64,000 nt of DNA from Ostreococcus lucimarinus (lineage: Eukaryota), in assembly GCA_000092065.1 (NCBI GenBank), contig CP000586.1; one strand, given 5' to 3'. Both the position numbers and the translations under genes were made by a program. Below the pieces are notes generated by a model. It was not told the DNA's origin and did no database searches. It worked only from the letters and a program-made list of their open reading frames with translations. Shown here piece after piece: positions 1 through 9,718 of the stretch (position 1 is the stretch's first letter; the number at the start of each line of letters is the position of its first letter).

Positions 1-721
1 CGCCTTCCGTCGTCTCTCGCATCGACGCCTTCATCGCTTGCGGCGGCGTCATGAATAAGAGCACCAACGTCGCCGCCGCGACGCTCGCCCAACCGGTCAC
101 GCTAATCGCCGCGCTCAGACTAAATCCGGCGAACAACACCCCTCCCAACGTCGGCCCGACGATAAACGCCAGCGTGCACGACGCCTCGCGCCACGCCATG
201 AGCTGTGGCAAAAATTCTGGCGTCGAAGCGTCGGCGAGATACGCCTTCACCACCGGACTCGCCCCCGCGAACGCGCCGCTCAGCACGCGCAAGAGCAAAA
301 ACGTCTCGAACGACGCCCCAGATCGCACACACAACCCTTGCAAAATCAACCCTATCCCTACTCCCATCAAACTCAACACGATGATCGGTTTCCGACCAAC
401 CTTGTCGCTCAACTGCGGCCAAAAAAAGAGCGCTCCGAACATCCCGAGCGGATACGCGCTCGTGAGATATCCCACGTTCTCCGCCGCGACGCCGAACCGT
501 CGCACCAAACCGGGCGTGATCGGCCCCGTCACCGTAAATCCAAGCAGGTGCAGAAACACCGCGAGCATCACACACGCGATGCTGAGCTTTTGTCGCCATT
601 CGATCCGCGCCGCGTCCGGCGCCGCGCGTTCGCTCGCCTTCGCGTCGTTCGCGCGCGTCCTCGTCCTCATCCTCGCGTGCTCCGCGCCCGCGCGCCGCGC
701 GCCGCGCTCAAACGCGCGCAT
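1..721 (-). CDS. MFS-type transporter, partial (continues past window start); ATG candidates at 721 or 673
   Basis: Minus-strand frame absent from ORF track because it runs off the edge. Translation gives ...LGFTVTGPITPGLVRRFGVAAENVGYLTSAYPLGMFGALFFWPQLSDKVGRKPIIVLSLMGVGIGLILQG..., i.e. MFS motif A (G-x-LSD-x-GR[KR]P) plus successive hydrophobic helices. Open through position 1. Confidence 0.7.
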   Translation of the reverse strand, partial: MRAFERGARRAGAEHARMRTRTRANDAKASERAAPDAARIEWRQKLSIACVMLAVFLHLLGFTVTGPITPGLVRRFGVAAENVGYLTSAYPLGMFGALFFWPQLSDKVGRKPIIVLSLMGVGIGLILQGLCVRSGASFETFLLLRVLSGAFAGASPVVKAYLADASTPEFLPQLMAWREASCTLAFIVGPTLGGVLFAGFSLSAAISVTGWASVAAATLVLLFMTPPQAMKASMRETTEG

Positions 722-1002
722 TTCGACGCCCGCGTCCTCCGCGCGCGCGCCCACGCGCACGCGTCGTCGCGCGTCGCCCGTCCCCATCGCGCGCCCGCCC
801 GGTTTCGCCCGCGAACCGCCGTCGCGTCTCTCGCGTCGTCTCTCCGTCGTCGTCGTCGTCCGAGCCGCGCGGTGCGCGCGCGCGACGATCGCGCGCGTCA
901 TGCGCGTCGCGTCTCGCGCGCGCGGTCGCGAACGCGCGTCGCGAACGCGCGCGTCGGCGTCCTCGAGTGAGGCCCCCTCGACACTCGTCGACGCGACGAA
1001 GG

Positions 1003-1566
1003 ATGTCGACGATGCCGACGACGACGATCTCGGCGCCCGCGCGAGCGGTGCGCGCGAACCGCGCGCGAGGCGCCGTGCGCGCGCGCTCGACGGTGTACGC
1101 GTACGAAACGATCGCGCTCGGACGCACGCTCACCGGGACGCACTTCATCGACTTGACGGAACACATCGACGCCGCGGTGGCGAAGAGCGGCGTGAAGAAC
1201 GGCGTGGTGCACGTGCTGAGTCGACACACGACGACGGCGGTGACGATAAACGAAAACGAGGCGCGATTGATGGACGACGCGAGGATGTACTTTGCGAAGC
1301 TGGCGCCGGCGACGGATTTCTATCTGCACAACGACTTGGACAGACGAAGCGGACCGGCGGATTGGCCGGGCGGCGACGAGGCGTGGCGCGCGCAAGAACC
1401 CGAGAACTGTCACGCGCACTTGTTGAGCATGGTGATCGGGAACAGCGAGACGATTCCAGTGAGCGAGGGGAAGACGACGCTGGGGACGTGGCAGAGTTGC
1501 ATGTTCGTCGAATTAGACGGACCGCGCGAACGCACGGTGGGGATTCAAGTCGTCGGCGAGCGATAG
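1003..1566 (+). CDS. yjbQ: YjbQ/UPF0047 family protein (secondary thiamine-phosphate synthase-like), probably organelle-targeted
   Basis: ORF 967..1566 (track start is GTG; first ATGs at 1003 and 1012). Conserved UPF0047 blocks: TGTHFIDLTEH, VHVLSRHTTTAVTINENE, HLLSMVIGNSETIPVSEGKTTLGTWQSCMFVELDGPRERTV. Confidence 0.8.
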   Translation: MSTMPTTTISAPARAVRANRARGAVRARSTVYAYETIALGRTLTGTHFIDLTEHIDAAVAKSGVKNGVVHVLSRHTTTAVTINENEARLMDDARMYFAKLAPATDFYLHNDLDRRSGPADWPGGDEAWRAQEPENCHAHLLSMVIGNSETIPVSEGKTTLGTWQSCMFVELDGPRERTVGIQVVGER

Positions 1567-1607
1567 ATAGATCCGCGCGTGTACTCTATAACTATTCTAT
1601 GTTACAT

Positions 1608-1976
1608 TCATCGCGACCTCGACGCGTCCAGCGCGTCGAGCTGCGAGCGCAAATCGAAGACGCGGCGGCAGCGCGTCCACCACTCGCCAACCTTCGCCTC
1701 GGGCGCCGGTCGCTGCAACGCGCGCGTCACCTCGCCCCACTCCACGCACCGTTCGCTCATCGCCATGTGTCTCGCGAAGTCCACGTCGGGATCGAACGCG
1801 TCGACCGTCGTCATGTGCATGAACAAGCGCACGCCAGAGCGGTAAATGAACATGTCGACCACGCCGACCGCGCGCAGGCTCTCCAAAATCTCTGGCCACG
1901 CGCGCGCGTGTAGGGCGTCGTACGCCTCGATCGCGTCTTCGCTCTCGAGCTCGATCGTCTGCGCGAACGTCTTCAT
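1608..1976 (-). CDS. L-rhamnose mutarotase-like (RhaM/YiiL family) protein
   Basis: ORF 1608..2069; track start is GTG, first ATG at 1976 (MKTFAQTIELESEDAIEAYDALHARAWPEILESL...VGEWWTRCRRVFDL). ~122 aa, matches the RhaM fold pattern (W-PE-L ... WW). Confidence 0.65.
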   Translation of the reverse strand: MKTFAQTIELESEDAIEAYDALHARAWPEILESLRAVGVVDMFIYRSGVRLFMHMTTVDAFDPDVDFARHMAMSERCVEWGEVTRALQRPAPEAKVGEWWTRCRRVFDLRSQLDALDASRSR

Positions 1977-2186
1977 TCGCGTCGCGTCGCGTCGCTTCTC
2001 TCGCGCTCCGCTCGCGCGCGTCGATCGCTTCGCGCCGATCGACGCGCGTGAATGCGGGTGCCGCGACACGAACCGTTGCGCGCGGAATTCAAAAATTTCA
2101 TTTCAAAATTTGACTCGCCCGATTGACGCGACCGCGCGTCAATTCGCGACGCGGCGATCGACGCGCGCGAGAAAATCGGCGGAGAT

Positions 2187-3098
2187 ATGGCGATGATGGA
2201 CGTCGACGACGCGCGCGCGCACCCGGCGGCGCGATTGGTGTTTGACGACGACGAGAGCGTGGAAGTTCGAACGAGCGACGTTTTGAGCGAGGATGCGAAC
2301 GCGCGCGTGCGCGTGCTCACGGCGGACGTGGAGGATGCGATGGATGTGAAGATGAGCGCGGCGAACGCGGGGAAGACGAAAATGGGCGCGGCGACGATGT
2401 TTGCGCGATTGTTCGGGACGGATGGCGAGCGAGGGAGCAAGCGGGACCGAGCGGCGTCGCCGGCGGTGAAAATGAACAGACGGAAAGCCGCCGATGGGAC
2501 GCGCACGCAAGATTTAGGGCGTTTGGCGCGAGAGTTGGCGCAACAATTGGATGAGCCGAAGGTGCGCTTGCTCGCGCGAGCGATAAACGAGCTCGGCGAG
2601 GCGCAAGTCAGAGCGTACGTGCTCGAGGCGGCGACGCAACAGCGCCACGGCGGTGAGATGACCGCGTTGGGAGACCGTCGAAGAACGACGGGAGGGATCT
2701 TTTGGGCCATCGTTCGCGCGAGAACGAAACCGGAGGTGTACGACATCATTTACGCCGAAGAACGAGAACGACAAAAGGAACGAAGCAAGGCGCGCGCTCG
2801 TGCGCGCCGCGCCGCCGCAGACGGCAAGGAAAACATTCCTCCTGTCGGTCATGCCAAGCCTACGATGGCGCAAATCTTGTTTGGAAGCATCAGAGATGAG
2901 CACTTCCCCGAAAACCGCGCGCCCTTGGCCCCGATTGTCGTTCCCATCGACGCCGTCACGCCGAAGCCGACGCTGAAAACCGTTGGATGGGCGGACGACG
3001 ACGACGACTTTGACTTCTCCGCTGGATCCGAGCTCGCGGCGCCGATGAAGACACAAAAGCCCGATTTTACGTTCGCACAAATCGCCAAGATGCGTTAG
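2187..3098 (+). CDS. PHAX: PHAX-like protein (phosphorylated adaptor for RNA export, RNA-binding domain)
   Basis: ATG at 2187. Segment LGRLARELAQQLDEPKVRLLARAINELGEAQVRAYVLEAATQQRHGGEMTALGDRRRTTGGIFWAIVRARTKPEVYDIIYAEERERQKER matches the PHAX RNA-binding domain signature (…GEA…ETA…GG…T.DGSRRRTPGGVF…). Confidence 0.65.
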   Translation: MAMMDVDDARAHPAARLVFDDDESVEVRTSDVLSEDANARVRVLTADVEDAMDVKMSAANAGKTKMGAATMFARLFGTDGERGSKRDRAASPAVKMNRRKAADGTRTQDLGRLARELAQQLDEPKVRLLARAINELGEAQVRAYVLEAATQQRHGGEMTALGDRRRTTGGIFWAIVRARTKPEVYDIIYAEERERQKERSKARARARRAAADGKENIPPVGHAKPTMAQILFGSIRDEHFPENRAPLAPIVVPIDAVTPKPTLKTVGWADDDDDFDFSAGSELAAPMKTQKPDFTFAQIAKMR

Positions 3099-3402
3099 AC
3101 CGCCAAGACTGGCGACTGACGTCCTCGACGAGCGTTTCGCGTCGCGGCGGTCGATGTCAAACCTCGTCTCGCGTGTACTTTACATCTTTAACCCGCGTCC
3201 ACCGGTGGTGTGATCGCCGTGGAATCACCACCAGATCGACGCAATGTTTAATAACGTCACGATTCACACTCTCTGGCGCCACGTCTCGCCGCGTCGCCGC
3301 GCGCGTTCGCCCGTTCGGCGATGGTTCCAATCGACACACACGGACCTTTGAATCCGAGTCACCGACGCGCGGAATCGCGGGTTCATTCCCTCGCGCGTCA
3401 AC

Positions 3403-4082
3403 ATGTTCACCGTTCAAGCCACGCAAATCGTCACCACGGTGCGCATCGACGCACGCTCTCGCGCCCGTTCGTTTCGGCGCGTCACACCGCGGCGCGCGCG
3501 CGACGCGCGCGTCGCACGACGCCGCGACGATCATCGGAGATAGCGTATCTGGACGATCCCGAACGATCGAGACCGACGCCGCGGGACGCGCGCGCGAACG
3601 GCGCGTCGCGCGACGAAGCGGCGCGAATAAATACCTCGCGATGCGCTCGCGAGGCGAACGAACGCGAAGACTGACGCGCGACGCGCTCGCGATCGCAGGC
3701 TAAGGCGCCGACGACGAAGCCCGCGAAGCGCGTCCAAAAGGCGGCGTCGCTCGGCTTGGCCGCCGTCGTCGCGGTTTCGCTTCAAGTCGCCCCGGCTCGC
3801 GCCGATCTCACCTCCGATTTGCTCGCGAAGACGGAAGCGAACAAGGAGTTGAACGATAAGAAGCGCGCCGCGACGTCGAGCGCGAACTTTGAACGCTCTC
3901 GCACCGTCACGGATGGGTTTTGCAACTTTCCGCAAAACATCTTCGGGTGCGAAAACGCCGCGGAGAAGGGCGACGTCAAGTTTTTGTCCGACGATTTGAA
4001 GGTCGAGTGCGAAGGCACGGATGCCGGTAAAATCTGCGCCAGCAAGAACTCTGGTTCGTACCCGTCCTTCCTCGGTTTGTAA
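3403..4082 (+). CDS. psaN: Photosystem I reaction centre subunit N (PsaN) precursor; join(3403..3438,3699..4082)
   Basis: Exon 2 carries the PSI-N signature KTEANKELNDKKRAATSSANFERSRTVTDGFCNFPQNIFGCENAAEKGDVKFLSDDLKVECEGTDAGKIC, preceded by a lumenal targeting domain (KRVQKAASLGLAAVVAVSLQVAPARA, AxA site). No in-frame ATG lies upstream of exon 2 (stop at 3672). Inferred exon 1 is ATGTTCACCGTTCAAGCCACGCAAATCGTCACCACG|GTGCGC (MFTVQATQIVTT). Its intron has the window-typical donor GTGCGC, branch ACTGAC (3669-3674) and acceptor CAG (3696-3698). Confidence 0.7.
3439..3698 (+). other. intron (psaN), 260 bp
   Basis: GTGCGC donor, ACTGAC branch point 25 nt before cgcAG acceptor. Contains the in-frame stop that otherwise truncates the ORF. 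Confidence 0.55.
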
Positions 4083-4102
4083 GCGTGCGAGCGCGGAGCC
4101 CA

Positions 4103-4122
4103 AACGCGTCGACGCGTTGTAA
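4103..4122 (+). promoter_or_regulatory. 3' end signals of psaN: 16-bp perfect palindrome AACGCGTCGACGCGTT immediately followed by TGTAA poly(A) signal
   Basis: Palindrome 4103-4118; TGTAA at 4118-4122, 36 nt after the stop codon. TGTAA is the chlorophyte polyadenylation signal. Confidence 0.45.
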
Positions 4123-4386
4123 CTAAGTCACGCAACCGGCGACCCAGAATCGGAATGAGCGAACCGACTCGCGCGTCACATCGCCGCGTCAGCACCGCGC
4201 GTCTTCGCGCGCACGCGTCTTCGCGCGCTCGCAACTCGATCGAACGCGTCTTCACGCGCGTCGCGCCACGCTCCGCGCGCGCGCGTCGCCGATTCGCGCG
4301 CGGACAACGCCGCCGCCGCCGGCTCATCGATTCGTTCGTTCATTCGTTCGCGCGCGCATCGATCCATCGCTCGCGACGCGCGTTAG

Positions 4387-4677
4387 ATGCCCAAGTACGG
4401 CGTGCACGTGAACAAGTACTACGTCCCCGACGACGTCCCGACGTGGGCGAAACTGAACGTGAAACAAGCGAGCAAGAAGATTGCGAAATCGCGAAGCCGA
4501 GAGACGAAGCAAGCGCTCGGGAAAAAAGCCAAAGCGGCGGTGAAACTGGCGAACCGTAAGGGCGGAAGAGGCAAACGAAATCCCGCGAACGCGGATTTTA
4601 AAAAGAATTTAAAGCTCGCGAAGGATTTGAAGAAGAATAAACGTAAAGGACGTCAGGCAAAAAGACCGGGGACGTAG
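4387..4677 (+). CDS. small lysine-rich basic protein (96 aa), unknown function
   Basis: ATG at 4387. MPKYGVHVNKYYVPDDVPTWAKLNVKQASKKIAK...KRKGRQAKRPGT. The K-rich composition is hard to get by chance in ~70% GC DNA. Ends with TAG only 39 bp before, and in frame with, the next gene. Confidence 0.45.
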   Translation: MPKYGVHVNKYYVPDDVPTWAKLNVKQASKKIAKSRSRETKQALGKKAKAAVKLANRKGGRGKRNPANADFKKNLKLAKDLKKNKRKGRQAKRPGT

Positions 4678-4716
4678 GCGAACGAAGGAACGAAGGAGCG
4701 AAGGAACAAAGGAACG

Positions 4717-6450
4717 ATGGCGGCGAGACGCGAACGAGAGGGTGGCGACGGCGGTGATGATGAAATTTCCGAGACCGAGAGTGATCGTTTCATCGTAAAA
4801 GTTGCGGAGTACTTGCAAGGTGCGATCGGTGCGCACGGTTGGAGCGAGGAGACCGTTCGCGGGGCGTTTGACGAGGCGGTGAAGCACATGCCTAAAGGAA
4901 GAGCTCGAAAGGCTTTGCGAGCGGGTTTCGATGAGTACGCGGATAAATTATGTGACACAATTTACCGCAAAAATGGTCCCTCGATCGAGCGCACGAAAGA
5001 GGAGCGTAAGATTGCAAAGTTGAGCAAGGATCCGTCGAGCGCGTGGTGGGCGTTGCATCAAGAGCCGCTCGAAGATTTTGCGTCGGCGTCTTTGGAAGTA
5101 TTGTGCGTAGAGTTTGACTACTCACTCAAACGTGCATCCTTCGATATCCCCGCATACGTCCTCATGAAGGCGTTGGAGATTTCTGACATGCTGCCTGAAG
5201 ATGTAGCGACGATGGAAGAAATTCGCGAGGCGGCACTTCGTCGTCTCGTCGATATCGCGCAAGCATCCAAAGCTGCGTTTGAAAAGAAGGCAACGAAGAC
5301 GCAGGATGACTTCGTCAAGGTGAATAATCTCGTAGGTAGACTCGCGGGCGCGACGGCTATTCGTCGTAAAATGCAAGGCGCTCGTGATGAAACTGCAAAG
5401 TTGGCGGCGGAGATTGTCATGCTGAGGCACGATTTCCGTAAACTCGCCTCGCAAGACGCGAGTCTGAGTCCACCAGAGCACGAGATCGGCGTCACCGCAT
5501 CACACGATGCCGCGGTGTTATTAGGAAACTATCGTGGGGATTTAGCAGCTTTGCTCGCCGAGAGGTTGCCCGAGGACGAGAACGAGCTCGCGCGCATGTT
5601 TGGCGAAGGCGATTTGCCCATCTTTGAGTGCGCCCTCGGCCTCGGTGGTTTCGACGCCGATTTTGAGAAACGAGGCAAAAAGAATGGACTGATGTTCGGC
5701 ATGTTGGATATCGATGTGAAAGATGTGAAAGATGTCGGCAAGAACGCACCTCCGGCGCTCTTACGTCGACCACCAAAGGCAAAGTTTGATGCCAACAAAG
5801 AGGTGAACGATTACGATATGGAAGCTTTCGCTCACGCGGGGGCCGGGGTATCGACGACCAGTATTGCAGAGTCTGCATTTAATAAGTCCGACTTTATCGA
5901 TACCGACTATCTCACCGAGGCGCTGTCGCTGGTGGGTAAAGACGACGACGAACGTAGCGGACCAGGGCGAGTCAAGTTGTACTTTGCCGTCGTGCGAGTC
6001 GCTCGAGCATACATCAAGCTTTTGAACGAGGCTGGTAAACGTAAGAGGTCCTCGGCTGTGGCGCGATACATGGCAGTCGCACCTGCGCCTGAGGTGCTTC
6101 TCATGCACGTTCCGGAGTCGTCTGGAATCGATAATACAGATGCTCGCGCGATGTCCGTCGAGCTCTCCGTCGCCTCCATCAAGGCGCTGCAAAGCATCGT
6201 CAACGAATGGAACGAAATGCGTACGCTGTTCAAATCTGCGGCGCAGAGTGAAGGTGGCTTTTTCATCGATGTTAATCGTACCGCAGGAGATGCCGCGAGG
6301 TTGGCGTTTGAAGAAGGTGAGTCTGCCGAGGACGACGGCGCGGGCGTCGACGACGAAACCGAAAAAGAACTCATGGCCATGCTCGACAAGCTCGAAGGCC
6401 CGGATGCATCTAGCGACGATAGCGACGACGAGGCGAGCGATGAAGATTAG
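4717..6450 (+). CDS. hypothetical protein, 577 aa (acidic termini, no recognised domain)
   Basis: Long ORF with diverse amino-acid composition and markedly lower GC (~50-55%) than flanks. ATG at 4717. Confidence 0.6.
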   Translation: MAARREREGGDGGDDEISETESDRFIVKVAEYLQGAIGAHGWSEETVRGAFDEAVKHMPKGRARKALRAGFDEYADKLCDTIYRKNGPSIERTKEERKIAKLSKDPSSAWWALHQEPLEDFASASLEVLCVEFDYSLKRASFDIPAYVLMKALEISDMLPEDVATMEEIREAALRRLVDIAQASKAAFEKKATKTQDDFVKVNNLVGRLAGATAIRRKMQGARDETAKLAAEIVMLRHDFRKLASQDASLSPPEHEIGVTASHDAAVLLGNYRGDLAALLAERLPEDENELARMFGEGDLPIFECALGLGGFDADFEKRGKKNGLMFGMLDIDVKDVKDVGKNAPPALLRRPPKAKFDANKEVNDYDMEAFAHAGAGVSTTSIAESAFNKSDFIDTDYLTEALSLVGKDDDERSGPGRVKLYFAVVRVARAYIKLLNEAGKRKRSSAVARYMAVAPAPEVLLMHVPESSGIDNTDARAMSVELSVASIKALQSIVNEWNEMRTLFKSAAQSEGGFFIDVNRTAGDAARLAFEEGESAEDDGAGVDDETEKELMAMLDKLEGPDASSDDSDDEASDED

Positions 6451-6702
6451 TGAACAGTCGTTGTAGTGTATCAGTTCCGCTTCAGAGCCGCTGGAGCGGC
6501 GCCGCCTCGCAGACGGTGAAAAATACAGCCACCGACTCTAGGGATGTTGGCATTGGCGCTCTCGCGTACTTGCTCGCGCCGGAGATGACGGCTTCGCTCG
6601 CCGCCAATTTTGCGCCGACGTAAGGGAGAAGTTTGCTTGGTGTAGTGTTGCTTATTACGGACTAAGATGATATACCAGCACTTGTAGTGGAGAGTTCAGT
6701 TT

Positions 6703-7686
6703 TCATGTAACTTTTTTCCACGCCGACGTGTCAACGTGGGCGGAAACGACGAAGAATATGAAAAGGCCGATCGCGACGGGTGAAAGAGTCGGCAGCGCGC
6801 GGCACACTAACCGACGCACGCCGTGCGTATCTTTCGCACATTCGTACTTGTACCACACCAACGCGCACGCACAGAAGATTATTAAAAAGTATCTCATGTA
6901 TCGTGCCTTTTGGGCCCACGTCATCTTGCGGAAGCCGTACCTATCGAACGGCGCGACGTGATGCCACACCTCGTACGTGCAATTTTTTCGCCGAAACCGC
7001 ATCGAAATACGCTTCATCTCTCCATCATCGCCATCTTGCACCGGAAGCTCGGTGGCGCGACTCGCCACCGCGAAGTCTTTCTCGTCGCTCACGACGTGCC
7101 AAAACGAACCAAATTTCCGCGTCAATTCTTCTCTGATCGCCGACGCGCGTTCGTCGTGATCGTCATCGGCGGTGTCCGCATCGCTGAGAACTTTCAGCAC
7201 GGTATTCACGATCGCTCGTGGAATCCCATCGACGTCGCTCGTCACCGTCGCCGTCGCCGAACCTTTTCTTCGTTTCGCCGTCTCCGTCGCTTCGTCGTGT
7301 TCGTCCCGCATCGCTTGAAACGCCAACTGTTGCGTTCCATCCACCCCACTCCCGAGGCTCAGCGAATCGAACACCAACACGCGAAACTCCGGCGCTTCCT
7401 TCCCTCCCGCGCTTCCGCGCCTCCCTCGCGCGCGCGCCGTCGCGTAGGCCAACGATTTCTTCGCGAATCTCAAATTCACGTTAAAATCCCCCCTCCCCAC
7501 CACGACGTGCGTCGCCGCGTCGTCGATTCCTCGCGCGATCGCTTCCGCGATGCGTTTCATCCCTCCCGCGTCGCCCGCGACCGCGCGCGCGTCGCCCTCG
7601 CGCTCGAACGCCTCGCGCACCGCGCGCAGGATTTCAAGCCTTCGCCGCGGCGCGCAGTCGCATCGCCGCAGCGCGACGTCCGCCAT
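6703..7686 (-). CDS. tandem dynein light chain LC8-type (DYNLL-like) domains with C-terminal transmembrane anchor
   Basis: Real start is ATG at 7686 (MADVAL...) inside longer spurious ORF 6703..8460. Domain 1 KRIAEAIARGIDDAATHVVVGRGDFNVNLRFAKKSLAY...EFRVLVFDS and domain 2 IREELTRKFGSFWHVVSDEKDFAVASRATE...TYEVWHH both fit the LC8 core (..K.FD.KYG.TWHCIVGRNFGSYVTHE..F.YF...A.LLFK). C-terminus has hydrophobic helices (YFLIIFCACALVWY..., AIGLFIFFVVSAHV). Confidence 0.55.
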   Translation of the reverse strand: MADVALRRCDCAPRRRLEILRAVREAFEREGDARAVAGDAGGMKRIAEAIARGIDDAATHVVVGRGDFNVNLRFAKKSLAYATARARGRRGSAGGKEAPEFRVLVFDSLSLGSGVDGTQQLAFQAMRDEHDEATETAKRRKGSATATVTSDVDGIPRAIVNTVLKVLSDADTADDDHDERASAIREELTRKFGSFWHVVSDEKDFAVASRATELPVQDGDDGEMKRISMRFRRKNCTYEVWHHVAPFDRYGFRKMTWAQKARYMRYFLIIFCACALVWYKYECAKDTHGVRRLVCRALPTLSPVAIGLFIFFVVSAHVDTSAWKKVT

Positions 7687-8009
7687 CGCGGTCGAGTTCG
7701 CGTCGGTCGACGTCGACGTCGACGTCGCGCGTCGCCTCGCGCGCGCGCGCGCTCGCTCTCGCGTCGCGCGGTGCGGGCTCGCGCGGAATCGACGGACGGT
7801 TCGCGAACCGTGAAAGAGTCGTCCGTCGAGCGCGACGCGCGCCGCACACGGCGACGCATCGCGACGACGGCGCGCGCGACCGACGCGGCGACGACGATCG
7901 ACGCGCGGCGACGACGCGCGCGGCGACGACGCGCGACGCGACGCGACGCGCGTGAACGACGCGAAGGGAAGGAATCGACGACGGCGATCTCGCGGCGAGA
8001 ATTCATTCG

Positions 8010-8010
<1 letters not shown>

Positions 8011-8037
<27 letters not shown>
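8011..8037. repeat. (ACG)9 trinucleotide microsatellite in divergent promoter region between LC8-like gene and CNOT2
   Basis: acgacgacgacgacgacgacgacgacg read directly. Confidence 0.9.
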
Positions 8038-8041
<4 letters not shown>

Positions 8042-8137
8042 ACGTGAGGCGCGCGCGCGACGGCTCGGGTGGTTTGAACGGCGGTGAAAGCGGCGTCGGA
8101 CGGGGCGTCGGGAGGCCGTCGCGTCGGACGGGCGGCG

Positions 8138-9718
8138 ATGCAGAGCAACGGATACGGGCCGCAGGGCACCGCGCCGCCGCCGGGACCGTACGGGCAGCAA
8201 GGAGGGCTGCCGGGGATGCCGTATAACGCGGTTCCGCGTCCGGGAGGACAGTTTGCGCAGCAACGTCCGATGCAGAACCCGCCGGGGATGCAAGGGGCGC
8301 CGGCGATGCCGCGCGGAGTGATGGGCGGGGCGGCGCGACAAGGTTCGCTGCCGCTGCCGTACGGGGGGGTTCCGGGAACGCAGCAGCAGCCGGGCATGAT
8401 GGGAACGTCCGGAGCGGGAGGACAAGGCTCGATGGCGCAGGGTGGTATGAGCGGCGTCATGGGCGGCGTGCAGCGAGGGGTTATGCTAGACCGCAGCGCG
8501 AGCCAACCCGTGCAAGGGCAAGGGGTTCCGCAGATTCAGCGCGCCGCGAGTGGGTTGCCGATGCCGAGCGCGGGCATGAGCGCGCCCAGAGCGGGAGGTG
8601 TGATGGGCTCTGGGCCGCTGCCGCGAGCGTATCCCACGATTGGGTCGCAAGGAGACGTGAACGGAATGCCGAAGATGCAAGGCGTGGGAGGATTGGACAT
8701 GGATCCGTCGGGTGGTATGATGGGCGGATTAGGCGGTTTTGGGCGAGATCAGAAAGCGCCCGGGTTTGATGATTCCGAGTTCCCGACGTTGGGCGGTGGC
8801 GGTATGCCGCAGCGAGGGCCGTCTTTCGGAAACGGGTACGGAGGCATGCCGGGCGAAGGGTACGAGGGCGTGTACGACTTTTCAAAGCCTCAGCAGGACT
8901 TTAGCATGGAGAAGGAAGATTTCCCCGCCCTCGGTGGAAAAGGGCAAGGAAATATGGGTGGACTCGTTCCTCCGCCGGGGCTGGATGCGTCGGAGGGATC
9001 GAGTCCGTCGTATCCGCCTTTGGCTCGTCAAAGTTCGAGCGGCGTGGGTTTCGGCGCGCAAGCGCCGGGACGTCAAGCGGGTGCGCCGGGTGGAATTCAC
9101 TTCGATGGCGGAGCACCGCCGCCGCCGGGTAAGCCCGGCACGGCGGTACCGGCTAGAACGAGTGGTGGGACTTCGCAGAAGGACCGATACGGCTTGCTCG
9201 GCTTGTTGCCGGTGATTCGAATGGCGAATCCAAACGTGTCCACGCTCGCCTTGGGTGCTGACTTGACCATGCTTGGTTTGAACCTCAACTCTCCGGACAG
9301 CTTGTATAAGTCCTTCTCGTTGCCCTGGAACGATTCGGCGCCAAAGAACGACATGGAACTCACTATTCCATCCGCGTATTCGCAGCAAGTGAGTCGTTGC
9401 CATCCGGCGGTGTTCGCGAAGTTCCAGCAGGAGACGCTCTTTTACATCTTCTACAGCATGCCCGGAGAAGAGTCTCAATTATTCGCCGCGGACGAGTTGG
9501 TACAGCGCGGATGGGGGTTCCACAAAGAACTCAAGGCTTGGTTGATGCGCGTGGCGAACACCGAACCGGCGAATCAAAACGAGCAGGGCGAGCGCGGCTC
9601 TTTCTGGGTGTTCGATCCCATGACGTGGGAGCGAGTGAGGAAAGACAATTTCACGCTGCAGTACGATCAGTTGGAGACGCGCCCGACGGTTCCCTTGGCC
9701 GAAAGGAGCTTGCGTTGA
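8138..9718 (+). CDS. CNOT2: CCR4-NOT transcription complex subunit 2 (NOT2/3/5 C-terminal domain protein)
   Basis: Track ORF starts with TTG at 8084; first ATG at 8138 (MQSNGYGPQG). G/Q/P/M-rich N-terminal half, then NOT2_3_5 box: ...LFYIFYSMPGEESQLFAADELVQRGWGFHKELKAWLMRV...FWVFDPMTWERVRKDNFTLQYDQLE. Confidence 0.85.
   Translation: MQSNGYGPQGTAPPPGPYGQQGGLPGMPYNAVPRPGGQFAQQRPMQNPPGMQGAPAMPRGVMGGAARQGSLPLPYGGVPGTQQQPGMMGTSGAGGQGSMAQGGMSGVMGGVQRGVMLDRSASQPVQGQGVPQIQRAASGLPMPSAGMSAPRAGGVMGSGPLPRAYPTIGSQGDVNGMPKMQGVGGLDMDPSGGMMGGLGGFGRDQKAPGFDDSEFPTLGGGGMPQRGPSFGNGYGGMPGEGYEGVYDFSKPQQDFSMEKEDFPALGGKGQGNMGGLVPPPGLDASEGSSPSYPPLARQSSSGVGFGAQAPGRQAGAPGGIHFDGGAPPPPGKPGTAVPARTSGGTSQKDRYGLLGLLPVIRMANPNVSTLALGADLTMLGLNLNSPDSLYKSFSLPWNDSAPKNDMELTIPSAYSQQVSRCHPAVFAKFQQETLFYIFYSMPGEESQLFAADELVQRGWGFHKELKAWLMRVANTEPANQNEQGERGSFWVFDPMTWERVRKDNFTLQYDQLETRPTVPLAERSLR

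Noticed and set aside
51-1913. 620-aa plus-strand ORF (and overlapping 708..1229, 898..1419 minus ORFs)
   Set aside because: R/A/S-rich low-complexity translation lying antisense to the MFS transporter and overlapping the YjbQ gene in another frame; typical GC-bias artefact.
6910-8226. 438-aa plus-strand ORF and N-terminal 258 aa of minus ORF 6703..8460
   Set aside because: Antisense/out-of-frame overlap with the LC8-like gene and the CNOT2 5' region; poly-R/poly-T junk. Real genes start at ATG 7686 (minus) and 8138 (plus).
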